From Actinomycetota bacterium (GTDB lineage Bacteria; Actinomycetota; Acidimicrobiia; Spongiisociales; UBA4744): a stretch of 64,000 nt of DNA. A program made the position numbers and the translations under genes. Position 1 is the first letter of the stretch; each line of letters begins with the position of its first letter. The stretch spans positions 12-64,011 of the forward strand of contig JAADGS010000036.1 of the NCBI GenBank assembly GCA_013152275.1. Reading direction: 5' to 3'. The notes under the pieces were generated by a model. It saw nothing but the letters and a program-made list of their open reading frames with translations. It was not told the DNA's origin and made no database searches. Positions 19,074 through 29,355 of this stretch are shown piece after piece.

Positions 19074-20036
19074 CTACGCTCGATCGACACTCGTCTTGGC
19101 GTCGATGAAGGCATCGAGGTCGATTCGATTGGTGATGCCTGCGTCAGAGCCGAGTCCGGTTGCCACGAGGCTGCCGGCGGCGACGCCGAGCTCGGAGGCT
19201 CCGACCGGGTCGCGGCCCTCGATGAGACCGACGATGAATCCTGCGCTGAAAGCATCGCCACATCCGGTCGTGTCGACAACGTCGACGGCGTATGCAGGAA
19301 CCTGGGCCTCGATCGTGTTACCGACCCCGACGCAGGCGCCATCTGCGCCCAGGGTGATCACGGTGGCGCCGACGCCGCGGTGATGAAACCATTGCACGGC
19401 GTCGGACAGCGTCGACGTGCCCGAGAGCATGAAGGCGTCCTCATCGTTGGGAAGGAAGTAGTCGAGGTAGGGGAAGCACGGTCCGAGTACTGCGTCGACA
19501 TCGGCTCCAGGCATGCCGATGATGTCGAGCGTGGTGGTCACCCCTGCTTCCTTCGCGCGTTTGAGGGTGTTCGCCGTGGGCGCACCGTCGAAGGATTCCA
19601 GCAGGAACGTCCCACCAACGTGGAGCACGGTTGCAGACTCGATCTTCTCCCAGTCCAGGTGATCGCTGGAGAGGAGGGCGTTGGCGCCGATCACGTGCAG
19701 GGCGGGTCGCTCCCCGTTCGGTCGAATGGGGAGCATTGTCGCCGATGTGGGGGCGTGATGGTCAACGGTGAGTCCGGCAACGTCGATACCCTCTCGTTGC
19801 ATCTTCTCGATCAGCCAGACGCCGAGTTCGTCATTCCCGATGACTCCGAATGTTGCCACGCGCATCCCCAGGCGAGCCAGGTCGACCGATGTGCCCGCTG
19901 CCGTCCCCGCCACGGTCATGCGGATCTCTTCGAGGAGAGCGACACCTTGTCCTTCAGGAACCGCGGGAACCGGCCGACCGAGGATGTCGACGATGTGAAT
20001 GCCAACTGTTACAACGTCGATACCGTTGTCACTCAT
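19074..20036 (-). CDS. PfkB-family carbohydrate kinase
   Basis: Ribokinase-like; signature DTTGCGDAFSAGF near the C-terminus. Divergent from the ABC importer genes. Confidence 0.9.
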   Translation of the reverse strand: MSDNGIDVVTVGIHIVDILGRPVPAVPEGQGVALLEEIRMTVAGTAAGTSVDLARLGMRVATFGVIGNDELGVWLIEKMQREGIDVAGLTVDHHAPTSATMLPIRPNGERPALHVIGANALLSSDHLDWEKIESATVLHVGGTFLLESFDGAPTANTLKRAKEAGVTTTLDIIGMPGADVDAVLGPCFPYLDYFLPNDEDAFMLSGTSTLSDAVQWFHHRGVGATVITLGADGACVGVGNTIEAQVPAYAVDVVDTTGCGDAFSAGFIVGLIEGRDPVGASELGVAAGSLVATGLGSDAGITNRIDLDAFIDAKTSVDRA

Positions 20037-20129
20037 GTTCACTCCGTTCCTTCGAGTCATCCGCGTTCTCGGCCATCAGCGGCGACAAAGTCGCCGACGA
20101 ACGACCGACGCGTTTCGCAATACGGTCGG

Positions 20130-20159
20130 TTGACAGCAGTACTGTACAGCGCCTATGCT
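20130..20159 (+). promoter_or_regulatory. sigma-70-like promoter with embedded CTGTACAG palindrome
   Basis: TTGACA (20130-20135), 18-nt spacer, TATGCT (20154-20159). The palindrome CTGTACAG sits at 20142-20149. ATGTACAT (20171-20178) and ATGTAC (20191-20196) follow. Confidence 0.4.
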
Positions 20160-20241
20160 CCCGTGAACAAATGTACATGTCAGGGATCGAATGTACGCAT
20201 AGGGTGGTTTGGGCATAACCGGATGGTTGAGGAGGAAGTAG

Positions 20242-21327
20242 ATGAGATCTCGAAGACTGAGACGGCACCGGACGATACCCCTGCTCCTTGGACTCGTCTT
20301 GGTTCTGGCTGCATGTACGAATTCGGGTACTACGACGACAACCGCAGCTGATACCGAAGCAGCTACCGTGACGACCGGGGACGTATCGACAGACACGAGT
20401 GCACCGGAAGGGTCCGGTTCCGATGTCGCCGATTTGAGTCTTGCGGGGTACACGATTGGTGTTGCGGTGGTGGGTACGCAGCATTTCTGGGATCGTGAAG
20501 CGTTCGAGGGTGCGGTTGCCGAGGTGGAGCGCCTTGGTGGCGAGGTGGTTACGACCGATGGTGGTCGTGACAATGCGGTGCACGCGGAGAATCATGACAT
20601 CTTCTTGACACAGAAGGTCGATGCGGTGATCACCATTCTTGGTGATTCCGCGGTGGAGCCGAAGCTGGAGGCGTTGCAGGCTGCGGGGATTCCGGTGTTC
20701 GGTGTTGACCATGCGTCGCCGTTCGTTGTGAACAACACGGGTTCTGACAACTTCTATGCGGGTGAGAGTGCCGGCCGGTTGATGGCGGATGCCATTGGTG
20801 GCGAGGGCAAGGTCGCTGTGTTCAATGCTTTCTCTGAGGCGTTGAAGTTCTGTGGTGATCGCTACAACACATGGAAGTATGTCTTGGACTCCGCGTATCC
20901 GGGTATCGAGGTCATTCAGCCCGAGTTGGCCGAGGAGTTCGCGAATGCGCCTGAGAATGCTCGTCAGCAGACGTTGGATCTGCTCGAGCAGTATCCGGTC
21001 GGTGAGCTCGATGCCATCCATGTTGCGTGCTGGGATCAGCCTGCGATCGGTGTTGTGGAAGCGCTCAAGGAAGCCGGTCGCACCGAGATCGTGGTCTCTG
21101 CGATCGATGCCGGTCCCGACACGCTCGAGATCATGATGGAAGACGGCAGTCCGTGGGTCGTCAACGTTGCACAGCAGCCGAGGAAGATCGCGACGATCGC
21201 CGTTGACAATGCGGCACGTTACCTCGCCGGTGAGACCGTGCTGCCCCAGAGCTATGTCGACGTCGTTCCCGTGAGTGGACCGGCACAGGCAGCAGCCGTA
21301 TACGAACAACTCGGCTACGGCGACTGA
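20242..21327 (+). CDS. sugar ABC transporter substrate-binding lipoprotein (RbsB/Peripla_BP_4-like)
   Basis: SD GAGGAGGA. Signal peptide plus lipobox LAAC, Thr-rich linker, then a periplasmic-binding fold. Confidence 0.9.
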   Translation: MRSRRLRRHRTIPLLLGLVLVLAACTNSGTTTTTAADTEAATVTTGDVSTDTSAPEGSGSDVADLSLAGYTIGVAVVGTQHFWDREAFEGAVAEVERLGGEVVTTDGGRDNAVHAENHDIFLTQKVDAVITILGDSAVEPKLEALQAAGIPVFGVDHASPFVVNNTGSDNFYAGESAGRLMADAIGGEGKVAVFNAFSEALKFCGDRYNTWKYVLDSAYPGIEVIQPELAEEFANAPENARQQTLDLLEQYPVGELDAIHVACWDQPAIGVVEALKEAGRTEIVVSAIDAGPDTLEIMMEDGSPWVVNVAQQPRKIATIAVDNAARYLAGETVLPQSYVDVVPVSGPAQAAAVYEQLGYGD

Positions 21328-21443
21328 TTGGGACGGTCAGAGGGAACACACAGAGAAGTGACGGGAGAAGATGTGGTGCCGGATCGATACCGATCCGGCA
21401 CCGCATTGAGGCCGGTCGCTACGCTGCGAAAGGTGATGAGCTC

Positions 21444-23000
21444 TTGAACGACAGGTCGCTGGGCCAGACACGACAGGGCTCGTCGGAGACCGCCCTACGG
21501 ATGACGGCCATCTCGAAACGCTTTCCCGGTGTGCAAGCCCTGGATCGGGCCGACCTGCTCGTTGAGCGCGGCGAGGTCCATGGTCTCGTAGGCGAGAACG
21601 GTGCCGGGAAATCGACCATCATCAAGGTACTGGCCGGTGTCTATCGATGTGACGACGGTGTCGTCGAAATCGGCGGAACCGTCGTCGACCCGATAACGCC
21701 CCAAGTGGTGCATGACCTGGGTGTGAGGTTCATCCACCAGGAACTCAACCTGGTGCCGCACTTCACGGTTGCCGAGTCCGTATTCATGGGACAAGAGAAG
21801 AGCGGCCTGTTCGGCATACAGAAGCGAGCCATGAGGGCCGCAGCGGAGGCGTTCCTGCATGACGCACTACGCGCCGATATCGACGGCAACGCATTGATTC
21901 GAGCCCTGAGCGTCGCCGATCGAAAGCTGGTCCAGATAGCGAGAGCGCTGATCGACGGTCAGGCGCGTCTCGTCGTGTTCGACGAACCCACCGCGGTCCT
22001 GCCGGCAGCAGATGTCGATAGCGTGTTCGAGTCGATTCGTGTGCTGAAAGAGCGTGGCATCGCGATGGTCTACGTGTCCCACTACCTGGCCGAGATCACC
22101 GAGATATGTGACCGAGTCACGGTGTTCCGTAACGGCAGGACTGTCGGGGTCGTCGACGACGCCGCCGAGGCGGGTGTGGGAGAGATCATCAAACTCATGG
22201 TCGGGCGCGACCTGGGCGAGCTCTTTCCCGAGAAGAACCGCGTGCCGGCGGAACCGGTTCTTCAGATCGAGAACCTGTCGGACGGCCGCCACTTTCGTGG
22301 TGTGTCCTTCGAGGTTTGTGCCGGTGAGACCGTCGGTCTGGCCGGACTCGTCGGGTCCGGACGGGAGGAACTCGTCGATGCGATATACGGAATGCGCCGA
22401 ATACGGACCGGCAGTGTCAAGCTGAACTCGGAGCAGTTGCAGTTGGGCGACGCCGCCGATGCGGTGGCGAAAGGTCTTGTACTCGTGCCGCGAGACCGTC
22501 GCAACCACGGCCTCGTCCTCGGATTCTCGGTGGGGGACAACATCAATCTCGCCAGCCTGGACGAAGTGGCGGTGCGAGGATGGCTCAAGCCTGCCGCCGC
22601 CACGGCAAGGGCAAACGGGATGATCGAGAAGATCGATGTCCGTCCCCGCGACCCGAATCGGATAGCCCGATTCCTCAGCGGTGGCAATCAGCAGAAGGTT
22701 GTGCTGGCTCGGTGGCTTGTCACGAAATCCACCATGTTCCTCATGGACGAGCCGACGGTCGGAGTCGATGTCGGTGCGAAGGCCGAGATCTACCGCCTGA
22801 TCGCCGAGTTGGCGTCCGCCGGTGCCGGAGTGCTCGTTGCCTCGCATGATCTGGGGGAGTTGATGGGCTTGTGCGATCGGGTCCTCGTGATGGTTCGCGG
22901 CGAGATCGTTGCCAACGAAAGGGTGGAAGACCTCACACTCGATGAGCTGCTCGCGCTCACGACGGCCAGTCAATCCGAGGCCGCAGGCAAGGCGTCCTGA
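21444..23000 (+). CDS. sugar ABC transporter ATP-binding protein (two ABC domains, RbsA-like)
   Basis: GENGAGKST / VVFDEPTAVL in the first domain and LSGGNQQKVVLARWL / FLMDEPTVGVD in the second. The TTG start is uncertain. Confidence 0.9.
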   Translation: MNDRSLGQTRQGSSETALRMTAISKRFPGVQALDRADLLVERGEVHGLVGENGAGKSTIIKVLAGVYRCDDGVVEIGGTVVDPITPQVVHDLGVRFIHQELNLVPHFTVAESVFMGQEKSGLFGIQKRAMRAAAEAFLHDALRADIDGNALIRALSVADRKLVQIARALIDGQARLVVFDEPTAVLPAADVDSVFESIRVLKERGIAMVYVSHYLAEITEICDRVTVFRNGRTVGVVDDAAEAGVGEIIKLMVGRDLGELFPEKNRVPAEPVLQIENLSDGRHFRGVSFEVCAGETVGLAGLVGSGREELVDAIYGMRRIRTGSVKLNSEQLQLGDAADAVAKGLVLVPRDRRNHGLVLGFSVGDNINLASLDEVAVRGWLKPAAATARANGMIEKIDVRPRDPNRIARFLSGGNQQKVVLARWLVTKSTMFLMDEPTVGVDVGAKAEIYRLIAELASAGAGVLVASHDLGELMGLCDRVLVMVRGEIVANERVEDLTLDELLALTTASQSEAAGKAS

Positions 23001-24001
23001 TGACTTCTCTCGACACCGTCGCGTTCCGCAGATGGGATCGGTCTCGTATCAGCGGCTTCCTGATCGTACGCGGCCCGTTACTCGTATTCGTCGTCCTGCT
23101 GGTCTATATGGCGCTCAGCTCGCCGTTCTTCCTCGAGGGGAGGAACATCGCCAGCATCCTCAGACAGAGCGCGCCCGACGCCATCTTGGCAATGGGGTTG
23201 GCCGCAGTCGTCATGGCCGGTGGTGACGACATCGTCGTCGGAGGGATCGACATCAGTATTCCCGCAGCGTCGGTGCTCGGCGTTGCGATCATGGCGGACC
23301 TGCTCACCGCCGGTGATGCCCCGTTGGGCGTTGCCTTCCTTCTTGCGGCGTTGGCGGTCCTTGCCGTGGGGGTCGTGAACGCCCTTCTCGTCGAAGGAAT
23401 CGGCCTCACCCCACTGTTGGCGACACTCGCGACGTCGGTCGCCGTGGTCGGTATCACGCGATGGGTGACGAACAACCGCCGGATAACGGTGGAGAACGCC
23501 GTCATCAGCCAGATCCGGGATGGGAGCGTGCTCGGTGTTCCGATCCCGGCATTGATCATGGTGGTGACGTTCGGGATCGTCGGATTCTGGCTCCATCGAA
23601 CACGTTTCGGCCTCCGCCTCCAGGCCGTCGGCGGGTCTCGCAGTGCGGCGGAGATGTCCGGACTTTCCACCAGGAAGTACATCGCGAGCTCCTTCATCAT
23701 TGCGAGTGGGGCCGCTGTCGTTGCCTCTGTCGTTCTGATCGCCCGTGGATCCGGAATGTCGCCTGGGATCGAACAGCAGCTTCTGCTGGACATGGTGCTG
23801 GCGACATTTGTCGGTGCGGCATTCTCTTCGCGGCGTGTCGTCACGATTCCGGGAGCTTTGTTGGGTGCTGTGCTCGTCAAGGCGCTCTCGATCGGATTCC
23901 AGCTGCTCAACGTCGACATCTTCAAGGTCGGCATGGTGAAGGGTGTGCTCATTCTCTTCGTGGTAGCGACGGCCGCGGTTGACAGTCGGGAGAGCCAATG
24001 A
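23000..24001 (+). CDS. sugar ABC transporter permease (RbsC-like) 1
   Basis: Start overlaps the previous stop (TGATG). Multi-TM, BPD_transp_2-like. Confidence 0.9.
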   Translation: MTSLDTVAFRRWDRSRISGFLIVRGPLLVFVVLLVYMALSSPFFLEGRNIASILRQSAPDAILAMGLAAVVMAGGDDIVVGGIDISIPAASVLGVAIMADLLTAGDAPLGVAFLLAALAVLAVGVVNALLVEGIGLTPLLATLATSVAVVGITRWVTNNRRITVENAVISQIRDGSVLGVPIPALIMVVTFGIVGFWLHRTRFGLRLQAVGGSRSAAEMSGLSTRKYIASSFIIASGAAVVASVVLIARGSGMSPGIEQQLLLDMVLATFVGAAFSSRRVVTIPGALLGAVLVKALSIGFQLLNVDIFKVGMVKGVLILFVVATAAVDSRESQ

Positions 24002-25002
24002 TCTCCGCAGAGGAAAGAGCACGGACGGGAGCAGAGGAGACGACTGCGTTCAACCTTCGCGCGCTGCTCGGTCGGTACGCCTTTCTCCTCGTACTCATGG
24101 GGTTCGTCGTCTTCTTCTCGGTGCGAACCGACGCATTCCTGAGCCTCGGCAATCTCGTGAATGTTCTCGAAGGGAACGCGGTCCTCTTGATCGTCGCTTT
24201 GGCGATGACCCTGGTGGTCGCATCGGGGGGAATCGATCTGTCCGTCGGTATCGCGGTGGATTTCGGGGCGGCGTTTGCCGTGGTCGCGATGAAGGACTAC
24301 TCGGTCACTTGGCAGATCGCCGTGGTGATCGCGGTGATGGGAGGAGCCATCGTCGGATTGCTGAATGCATTTCTCATCGTGCGTCTTCGAGTGAGCCCGT
24401 TCCTTGCCACGCTCGGCACACTCTTCATCGGCGGCAGCGTCCAGCGGATCTACACGAACGGAGGAGGACAGGTCTCGTTCCGCAAGATGCCGGAGGGTTA
24501 TCGCAACCTCGCCGTCGGGTCCATCTTCGGGATACCTACCGAGATCGTGATCGCAGCCGCCGTGCTCGTGGTGTACTTCGTCATGCTGGAGCGCTCGACA
24601 CACGGGAAGCGAATCCACGCCATCGGTCTCCAGTCCGAAGCTTCCGTCGTGGCGGGGATACGCGTCAAGCGATACCGATGGTTCGTCTATGTCGCAGCGG
24701 CGGCCACCTGCGCCATCGGCGGTGTGATCCTCACCGCCGGACTGCGTCAGTACACCCCGCTGGCCGGTTTCTCGTACCTGCTCGATGCGATCGGGGCGGT
24801 GTTCATCGGTGCGGCCATGCACCCTCGCCGCCGACCCAACATTCCCGGAACTCTGATCGGCGTGTTGTTCCTGGGTGTGGCGACCAACGGATTGAATCTG
24901 ATGGGTGTCGACTTCAACTTGAAGGCGGCACTCACCGGGATCATCCTCGTCGGGGCGCTGGCGTTCTCTGCACTACAGCGCCGTGTCACCGCGGACGGCT
25001 AG
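23998..25002 (+). CDS. sugar ABC transporter permease (RbsC-like) 2
   Basis: ATGA overlap. Multi-TM paralog of the preceding permease. Confidence 0.9.
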   Translation: MISAEERARTGAEETTAFNLRALLGRYAFLLVLMGFVVFFSVRTDAFLSLGNLVNVLEGNAVLLIVALAMTLVVASGGIDLSVGIAVDFGAAFAVVAMKDYSVTWQIAVVIAVMGGAIVGLLNAFLIVRLRVSPFLATLGTLFIGGSVQRIYTNGGGQVSFRKMPEGYRNLAVGSIFGIPTEIVIAAAVLVVYFVMLERSTHGKRIHAIGLQSEASVVAGIRVKRYRWFVYVAAAATCAIGGVILTAGLRQYTPLAGFSYLLDAIGAVFIGAAMHPRRRPNIPGTLIGVLFLGVATNGLNLMGVDFNLKAALTGIILVGALAFSALQRRVTADG

Positions 25003-25035
25003 GACACGACAATCGATACACAGCTGCGCTTTCGT

Positions 25036-26193
25036 TTGGCTTTGCCCCGCTCCCTCCACATCGGTCGGGGGTCGGCATCCGAGCTACCGAACCTCGTTGC
25101 ACGCCCGGGACAACGAGTCGCAGTGATCGGTGGTGCGGGCGCGGCGGCGACGAACGTGGCGGACATCCTGACGCGCGCAGGGTGTTCGACACAGAGATTC
25201 ACTCGACATGGAGAGCCGACACTCGAATCTGTCGAAGAACTCGTCGGCGTGGTAGCGGAGTTCCTGCCGCAAGTCGTCGTCGGCGTAGGAGGCGGCAGCG
25301 CCATCGACTCGGCGAAGGCAGTTGCGGCATTGATTCCCAATCGCGGCCGGCCGTTGTCCGACTATTTCCAGGCGGGAGCAGAAGCGCCGGCGCTCGGTCA
25401 TGACCCACTTCCCTGCATCGCAGTCCCGACCACCGCCGGCACCGGGGCGGAAGCCACGGCGAACGCCGTTGTATCGATTGCCGGGCGCAAGGTCTCGCTG
25501 CGGGACGCCCGACTGGTTCCCTCTGCGGCGGTCGTCGACGCCGACCTCGGTGGCGGCGTTCCCTTTGGTGCGCGCGTTGCTGCGGCGTTCGATGCGGTGG
25601 TGCAGCTGATCGAGGCGTATGCGACACCGCTGGGAAACTCGTTCTCCTCGGGCCTGGCGTACGCAGGGGCGAAGTTGGCCTTTCCGGTCCTGGAGCGCAT
25701 CATCTCCGGATCCGAGAGTGCGGACGATCGGCAGGTGATGGCAACCGGAGCCACGTTGAGCGGCCTGGCCCTGGCCAACGCCAAGTTGGGTACGGTGCAC
25801 GGTCTCGCCGGTGTCGTCGGTGGGCGAACCGGCCAGGCACACGGCTCACTGTGCGGACTCTTTGCCGGACCGGTGCTGGGCACCACCATCTCGATTCTGC
25901 GCAAAGCCGCATCTCCCGACCCTGCCTTGGCGCGGTATCGGGACCTTGCCCGGTTGTGCACCGGGCATCCATTCGCCGAGGCGGAGGATCTCGCAGAGTG
26001 GATCGGTGGCCACGCCATGGCGGCAGATCTGCCTCGGCCCGATATCCCGATCGCCGTGCGACGTGAAATCGCCACCGGCGCGACCGGGGCATCTTCCACC
26101 GCAGGGAATCCCGTCGCCATTCCGGTTCAGGAGTTGGTCGGCATTCTCGCGAAGGTCGCGAGAGGAAACGTGGAGGACGTCAACGATGGCTGA
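25036..26193 (+). CDS. iron-containing (group III) alcohol dehydrogenase family protein
   Basis: VGVGGGSAIDSAKAVA and TTAGTGAEAT motifs. TTG start assumed. Confidence 0.82.
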   Translation: MALPRSLHIGRGSASELPNLVARPGQRVAVIGGAGAAATNVADILTRAGCSTQRFTRHGEPTLESVEELVGVVAEFLPQVVVGVGGGSAIDSAKAVAALIPNRGRPLSDYFQAGAEAPALGHDPLPCIAVPTTAGTGAEATANAVVSIAGRKVSLRDARLVPSAAVVDADLGGGVPFGARVAAAFDAVVQLIEAYATPLGNSFSSGLAYAGAKLAFPVLERIISGSESADDRQVMATGATLSGLALANAKLGTVHGLAGVVGGRTGQAHGSLCGLFAGPVLGTTISILRKAASPDPALARYRDLARLCTGHPFAEAEDLAEWIGGHAMAADLPRPDIPIAVRREIATGATGASSTAGNPVAIPVQELVGILAKVARGNVEDVNDG

Positions 26194-27655
26194 ACTCATT
26201 GTCTCCATCGACATCGGCACATCCGTGATCAAGGCCGGGGCCTACACAGAAGTCGCCGGGCTCGTTGCGATGGAGCACCAACGAACAACAAGCCTGCCAG
26301 ACGGTTCGGTCGATGCCGAGGCTGTCTGGGGAACCACATGTCGAGCGATCCGATCGCTGTTGGACCGGCCTGAGATGGCAGGCCACCGCGTTGCAGCCGT
26401 GGTGGTAACGGGGCAGGGGGATGGTCTCTGGACCATCACTGCGGATGGAACGGCGGCCGGTCCGGCATATCAATGGAACGACGCCCGTGCCGACGAGGTC
26501 GTGGCGGGGTGGGAGGCGGACGGGACGATCGCGGCCGCCTATCGCCTCAACGACACGGTCGTGTGGCCGGGAACGTCCGGCGCGCTGTGGGTGTGGCTGC
26601 ACGAGAACTCTCCCGATCATGTGCGGCGGACGCGTTGGGTCGTCTGTGCCCCGGATTGGATCAACTACCGCCTGACAGGCGAGGTCGCGACGGACGTCTC
26701 CAACGCCGGCATCCCCTTTCTCGATCCGGATTCACGGACGTGGAGCACCGAGCTCATCGGCATCCTTGGCTGTGAGGACATCGCAGCGCGCCTGCCAAAG
26801 GTGCTTCTGCCGGGAGATTCGCTGGGGACGGTCACCCAGAGAGCGTCTCGTGAGACCGGGCTGGCTGCCGGCACACCTGTGGTGATGGGAGCGATCGACG
26901 TTGTGGCCATGTTTCGAGGTGTGGGTTTCGAAGACCCGGGTACCGTTGTTGCGGTGCTCGGTACGACGGCGGTGGCACTGGCATGCGTGACGGGTCGTGC
27001 AGATCCGACGGTGCAGGTCGGGGCAACGGTGCCGTTTCCAGAGCCGGGACGGTTCCTGCGCGTCATCGGTGCGAACTCGGGAACGTCCACGTTGGACTGG
27101 TATGTGCGAGAGGTTCTCGGAGGTCCCCTCGACGCTGCGGCGCTGGATCGTTTCTGGAAGGAGGTCGGCAACGTGTCTGCAGAGTCGGCCCATGTGATGC
27201 TCCTGCCGTTTCTCGCCGGGGAACGGGCGCCATTCTTGGCCCCGGATGCGACAGGGACGTTCCTGGGCATCAAACCGACGACCAAGCGAGCGGACCTGTC
27301 ATACGCGGTAGCCGAAGGCATCACCATGTCCCTGCGTCACTGTGTCGAAAGCGCCGCCGGGGAGCCCACGGCAATTCTTCTGTCAGGTGGGGGGGCGACG
27401 AGTCGTGAGTGGCAGCAGATGGTGGCCGACGCCTTGGGGCACGAGATCATGGTCGACGGCCATCACGATCGTGCATGTGCAGGTGCAGTCTCGTTCGTCA
27501 CGGGGTCGCTGCCCGGCGTTCCTCACGATATCGATCGGCTGAAACCGGCCAGATCGGAGGCGATCGAGGAGCGCTTCGCCGCCTATGTGGCGTTGACCGG
27601 CCTCATGCAGCCGATCTGGCGCCGTCTGCATTTCACCACGAGGAGAGTTCCATGA
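26186..27655 (+). CDS. FGGY-family carbohydrate kinase (xylulokinase-like)
   Basis: MAELIVSIDIGTSVIKAG N-terminus and C-terminal LLSGGGATSREWQQMVADALG. The internal ATG at 26186 overlaps the ADH stop by 8 nt. Confidence 0.88.
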   Translation: MAELIVSIDIGTSVIKAGAYTEVAGLVAMEHQRTTSLPDGSVDAEAVWGTTCRAIRSLLDRPEMAGHRVAAVVVTGQGDGLWTITADGTAAGPAYQWNDARADEVVAGWEADGTIAAAYRLNDTVVWPGTSGALWVWLHENSPDHVRRTRWVVCAPDWINYRLTGEVATDVSNAGIPFLDPDSRTWSTELIGILGCEDIAARLPKVLLPGDSLGTVTQRASRETGLAAGTPVVMGAIDVVAMFRGVGFEDPGTVVAVLGTTAVALACVTGRADPTVQVGATVPFPEPGRFLRVIGANSGTSTLDWYVREVLGGPLDAAALDRFWKEVGNVSAESAHVMLLPFLAGERAPFLAPDATGTFLGIKPTTKRADLSYAVAEGITMSLRHCVESAAGEPTAILLSGGGATSREWQQMVADALGHEIMVDGHHDRACAGAVSFVTGSLPGVPHDIDRLKPARSEAIEERFAAYVALTGLMQPIWRRLHFTTRRVP

Positions 27656-28719
27656 TTCCTGAGAGGATGCGCGTCGGCGTCTACTACGGACCGGATGACA
27701 TTCGCGTCGAGGAGCGCCCCGTTCCCGAGATCGGACCCGACGAGGCGCTGGTGCGCACCTTGGCATGCGGTTTATGCGCCGGTGAGGCGATGGAGTGGTA
27801 TTCCACCAAAGAGGGTGGCAAGGTGCTCGGGCACGAGCCGGTGGGTGTCGTCGTCGCGGCAGGAGTGGACGTCGACGCAGTGCATGTGGGCGACCGCGTC
27901 TTCGTCAACCATCATGTCGGCAGACTCCAATCTCATTGGGCGATCCGGGGCCACTACACACGTGATCCGTTCTATGCCGGCAACCGCCTGGATCCGGGAG
28001 GGATGGCCGAGTACTTCCGGGTCAGTGCCAACCATCTCAGGGCGGACGTGCATGTGCTTCCCGAGTCGATCGGAGATTCCGTTGCGACGACGATCGAGCC
28101 GTGGTCGTGCGTACTGGGCGGTCTCAAGACATGTGGTGTGCAACCGGGGGATACCGTGGTGGTTCTTGGGTGTGGCTTCATGGGCCTGGGGTTCGTTCAC
28201 ATGGCGCCGCTGTTCGGCGCCGGGACGGTGATCGCGGTCGATTTCTCGAGTTGGAGACGCGACAAGGCCACCGAGCTTGGCGCAACCCATGTGTTGGATG
28301 CCGCCGACCCGGATCTGGCATCGAAGGTTCGCTCGCTCAACGGGGGGTTGCTCGCCGACGTCGTCGTTGCCGCCGTGCCTGCCATCTCCGCTTGGGATTC
28401 TGCCAGGACGCTCGTCGAACCAGGTGGGACGGTGCACCTTGGAGCTCCCACCAAGCCTGGAACGGTGTGGGCGCTCGACGGCTTCGATGCGTATTTCGAC
28501 GAGGTGACGATTACCTCCAAGTACTCCGCAGACCATCGGGACACCTATCAGCTCATCCGTCTGATCGAGTCGGGTCGGGTCAACCCGCTTGCAGCCATAA
28601 CCCACCACTTCGCACTGGACGATCTTGCCGACGGCTTCCGGCTTCTCACCGAGGCAGATGAATCGCTCAAGATCGTTGTGTATCCACACATCCATGAGGA
28701 GGAGAACGATGCTCGATAG
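27652..28719 (+). CDS. zinc-dependent alcohol/polyol dehydrogenase (MDR)
   Basis: ATGA overlap. CGLCAGE, GHEPVGVV and VLGCGFMGLGF motifs. Confidence 0.9.
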   Translation: MIPERMRVGVYYGPDDIRVEERPVPEIGPDEALVRTLACGLCAGEAMEWYSTKEGGKVLGHEPVGVVVAAGVDVDAVHVGDRVFVNHHVGRLQSHWAIRGHYTRDPFYAGNRLDPGGMAEYFRVSANHLRADVHVLPESIGDSVATTIEPWSCVLGGLKTCGVQPGDTVVVLGCGFMGLGFVHMAPLFGAGTVIAVDFSSWRRDKATELGATHVLDAADPDLASKVRSLNGGLLADVVVAAVPAISAWDSARTLVEPGGTVHLGAPTKPGTVWALDGFDAYFDEVTITSKYSADHRDTYQLIRLIESGRVNPLAAITHHFALDDLADGFRLLTEADESLKIVVYPHIHEEENDAR

Positions 28720-29353
28720 CCTGCGGGAAGAAGTGCTCGAGATGAATCTCGAACTGCCGAGGAACCGGTTGGTCATCTGGAGCGGTGGCAATGTCAGCGG
28801 GAAGGATCCGGAAACGGGCCTCATTGTCATCAAGCCGAGCGGTGTGCCGTTCGCCAATCTCACCGCCCGGTCACTGGTGGTTGTCGACATCGATGGAAAC
28901 GTGGTCGAGGGAGATCTCACCCCTTCGGTCGATCTCGGAGTGCATCTCTACGTGTACCGGCGACGTTCCGATGTCGGTGGCATAACGCACACACATTCAC
29001 CGTATGCGACGAGCTTCGCCCTCAACGGGCAAGGGATTCCCGCGGCGCTCACCGCCCTCACCCACCTCATCGGGAGCGGGGTTCCGTGCAGCCGGTATGC
29101 CACACCGGGTGCCGAGGACACCGGGTCTGCGATCATCGAGGTCACCCAGGACCATGGCATGGCGGCCTTGGTGGAACGTCACGGAGTGTTCACGATGGGG
29201 CGCTCGGCAAGCGAATCCGTCAAGATCGCACTCCATGTCGAGGAAGCGGCGATGACGATCAGGCTGGCGGAGCAGTCATGCACCGTCACCGAAATGGACC
29301 CCGTCGAGATCGACCGGTGCCACCGCTGGTACCAGGTCAACTACGGCCAGTAG
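28709..29353 (+). CDS. class II aldolase/adducin-family protein (L-ribulose-5-P 4-epimerase-like)
   Basis: GNVSGKD...IKPSGV and GITHTHSPYATSFA motifs. 11-nt overlap with the upstream gene. Confidence 0.88.
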   Translation: MLDSLREEVLEMNLELPRNRLVIWSGGNVSGKDPETGLIVIKPSGVPFANLTARSLVVVDIDGNVVEGDLTPSVDLGVHLYVYRRRSDVGGITHTHSPYATSFALNGQGIPAALTALTHLIGSGVPCSRYATPGAEDTGSAIIEVTQDHGMAALVERHGVFTMGRSASESVKIALHVEEAAMTIRLAEQSCTVTEMDPVEIDRCHRWYQVNYGQ

Positions 29354-29355
29354 CC

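Noticed and set aside
18909-20351. 480-aa plus-strand ORF
   Set aside because: It is antisense to the PfkB kinase, which carries the DTTGCGDAF signature. It also runs across the divergent promoter region.
23104-24822. 572-aa minus-strand ORF spanning the two sugar permease genes
   Set aside because: It mirrors the RbsC-like permease genes. It has low-complexity Arg/Asp/His composition and no recognisable motifs.
25811-26185. Long N-terminal extensions of the ORF-track ORFs 25811.., 27409.., 28625.., 31426.. and 13908..15215
   Set aside because: The extensions overlap the preceding gene in another frame and are Arg/Pro-rich. Internal ATG starts give canonical N-termini and typical ATGA or short overlaps.
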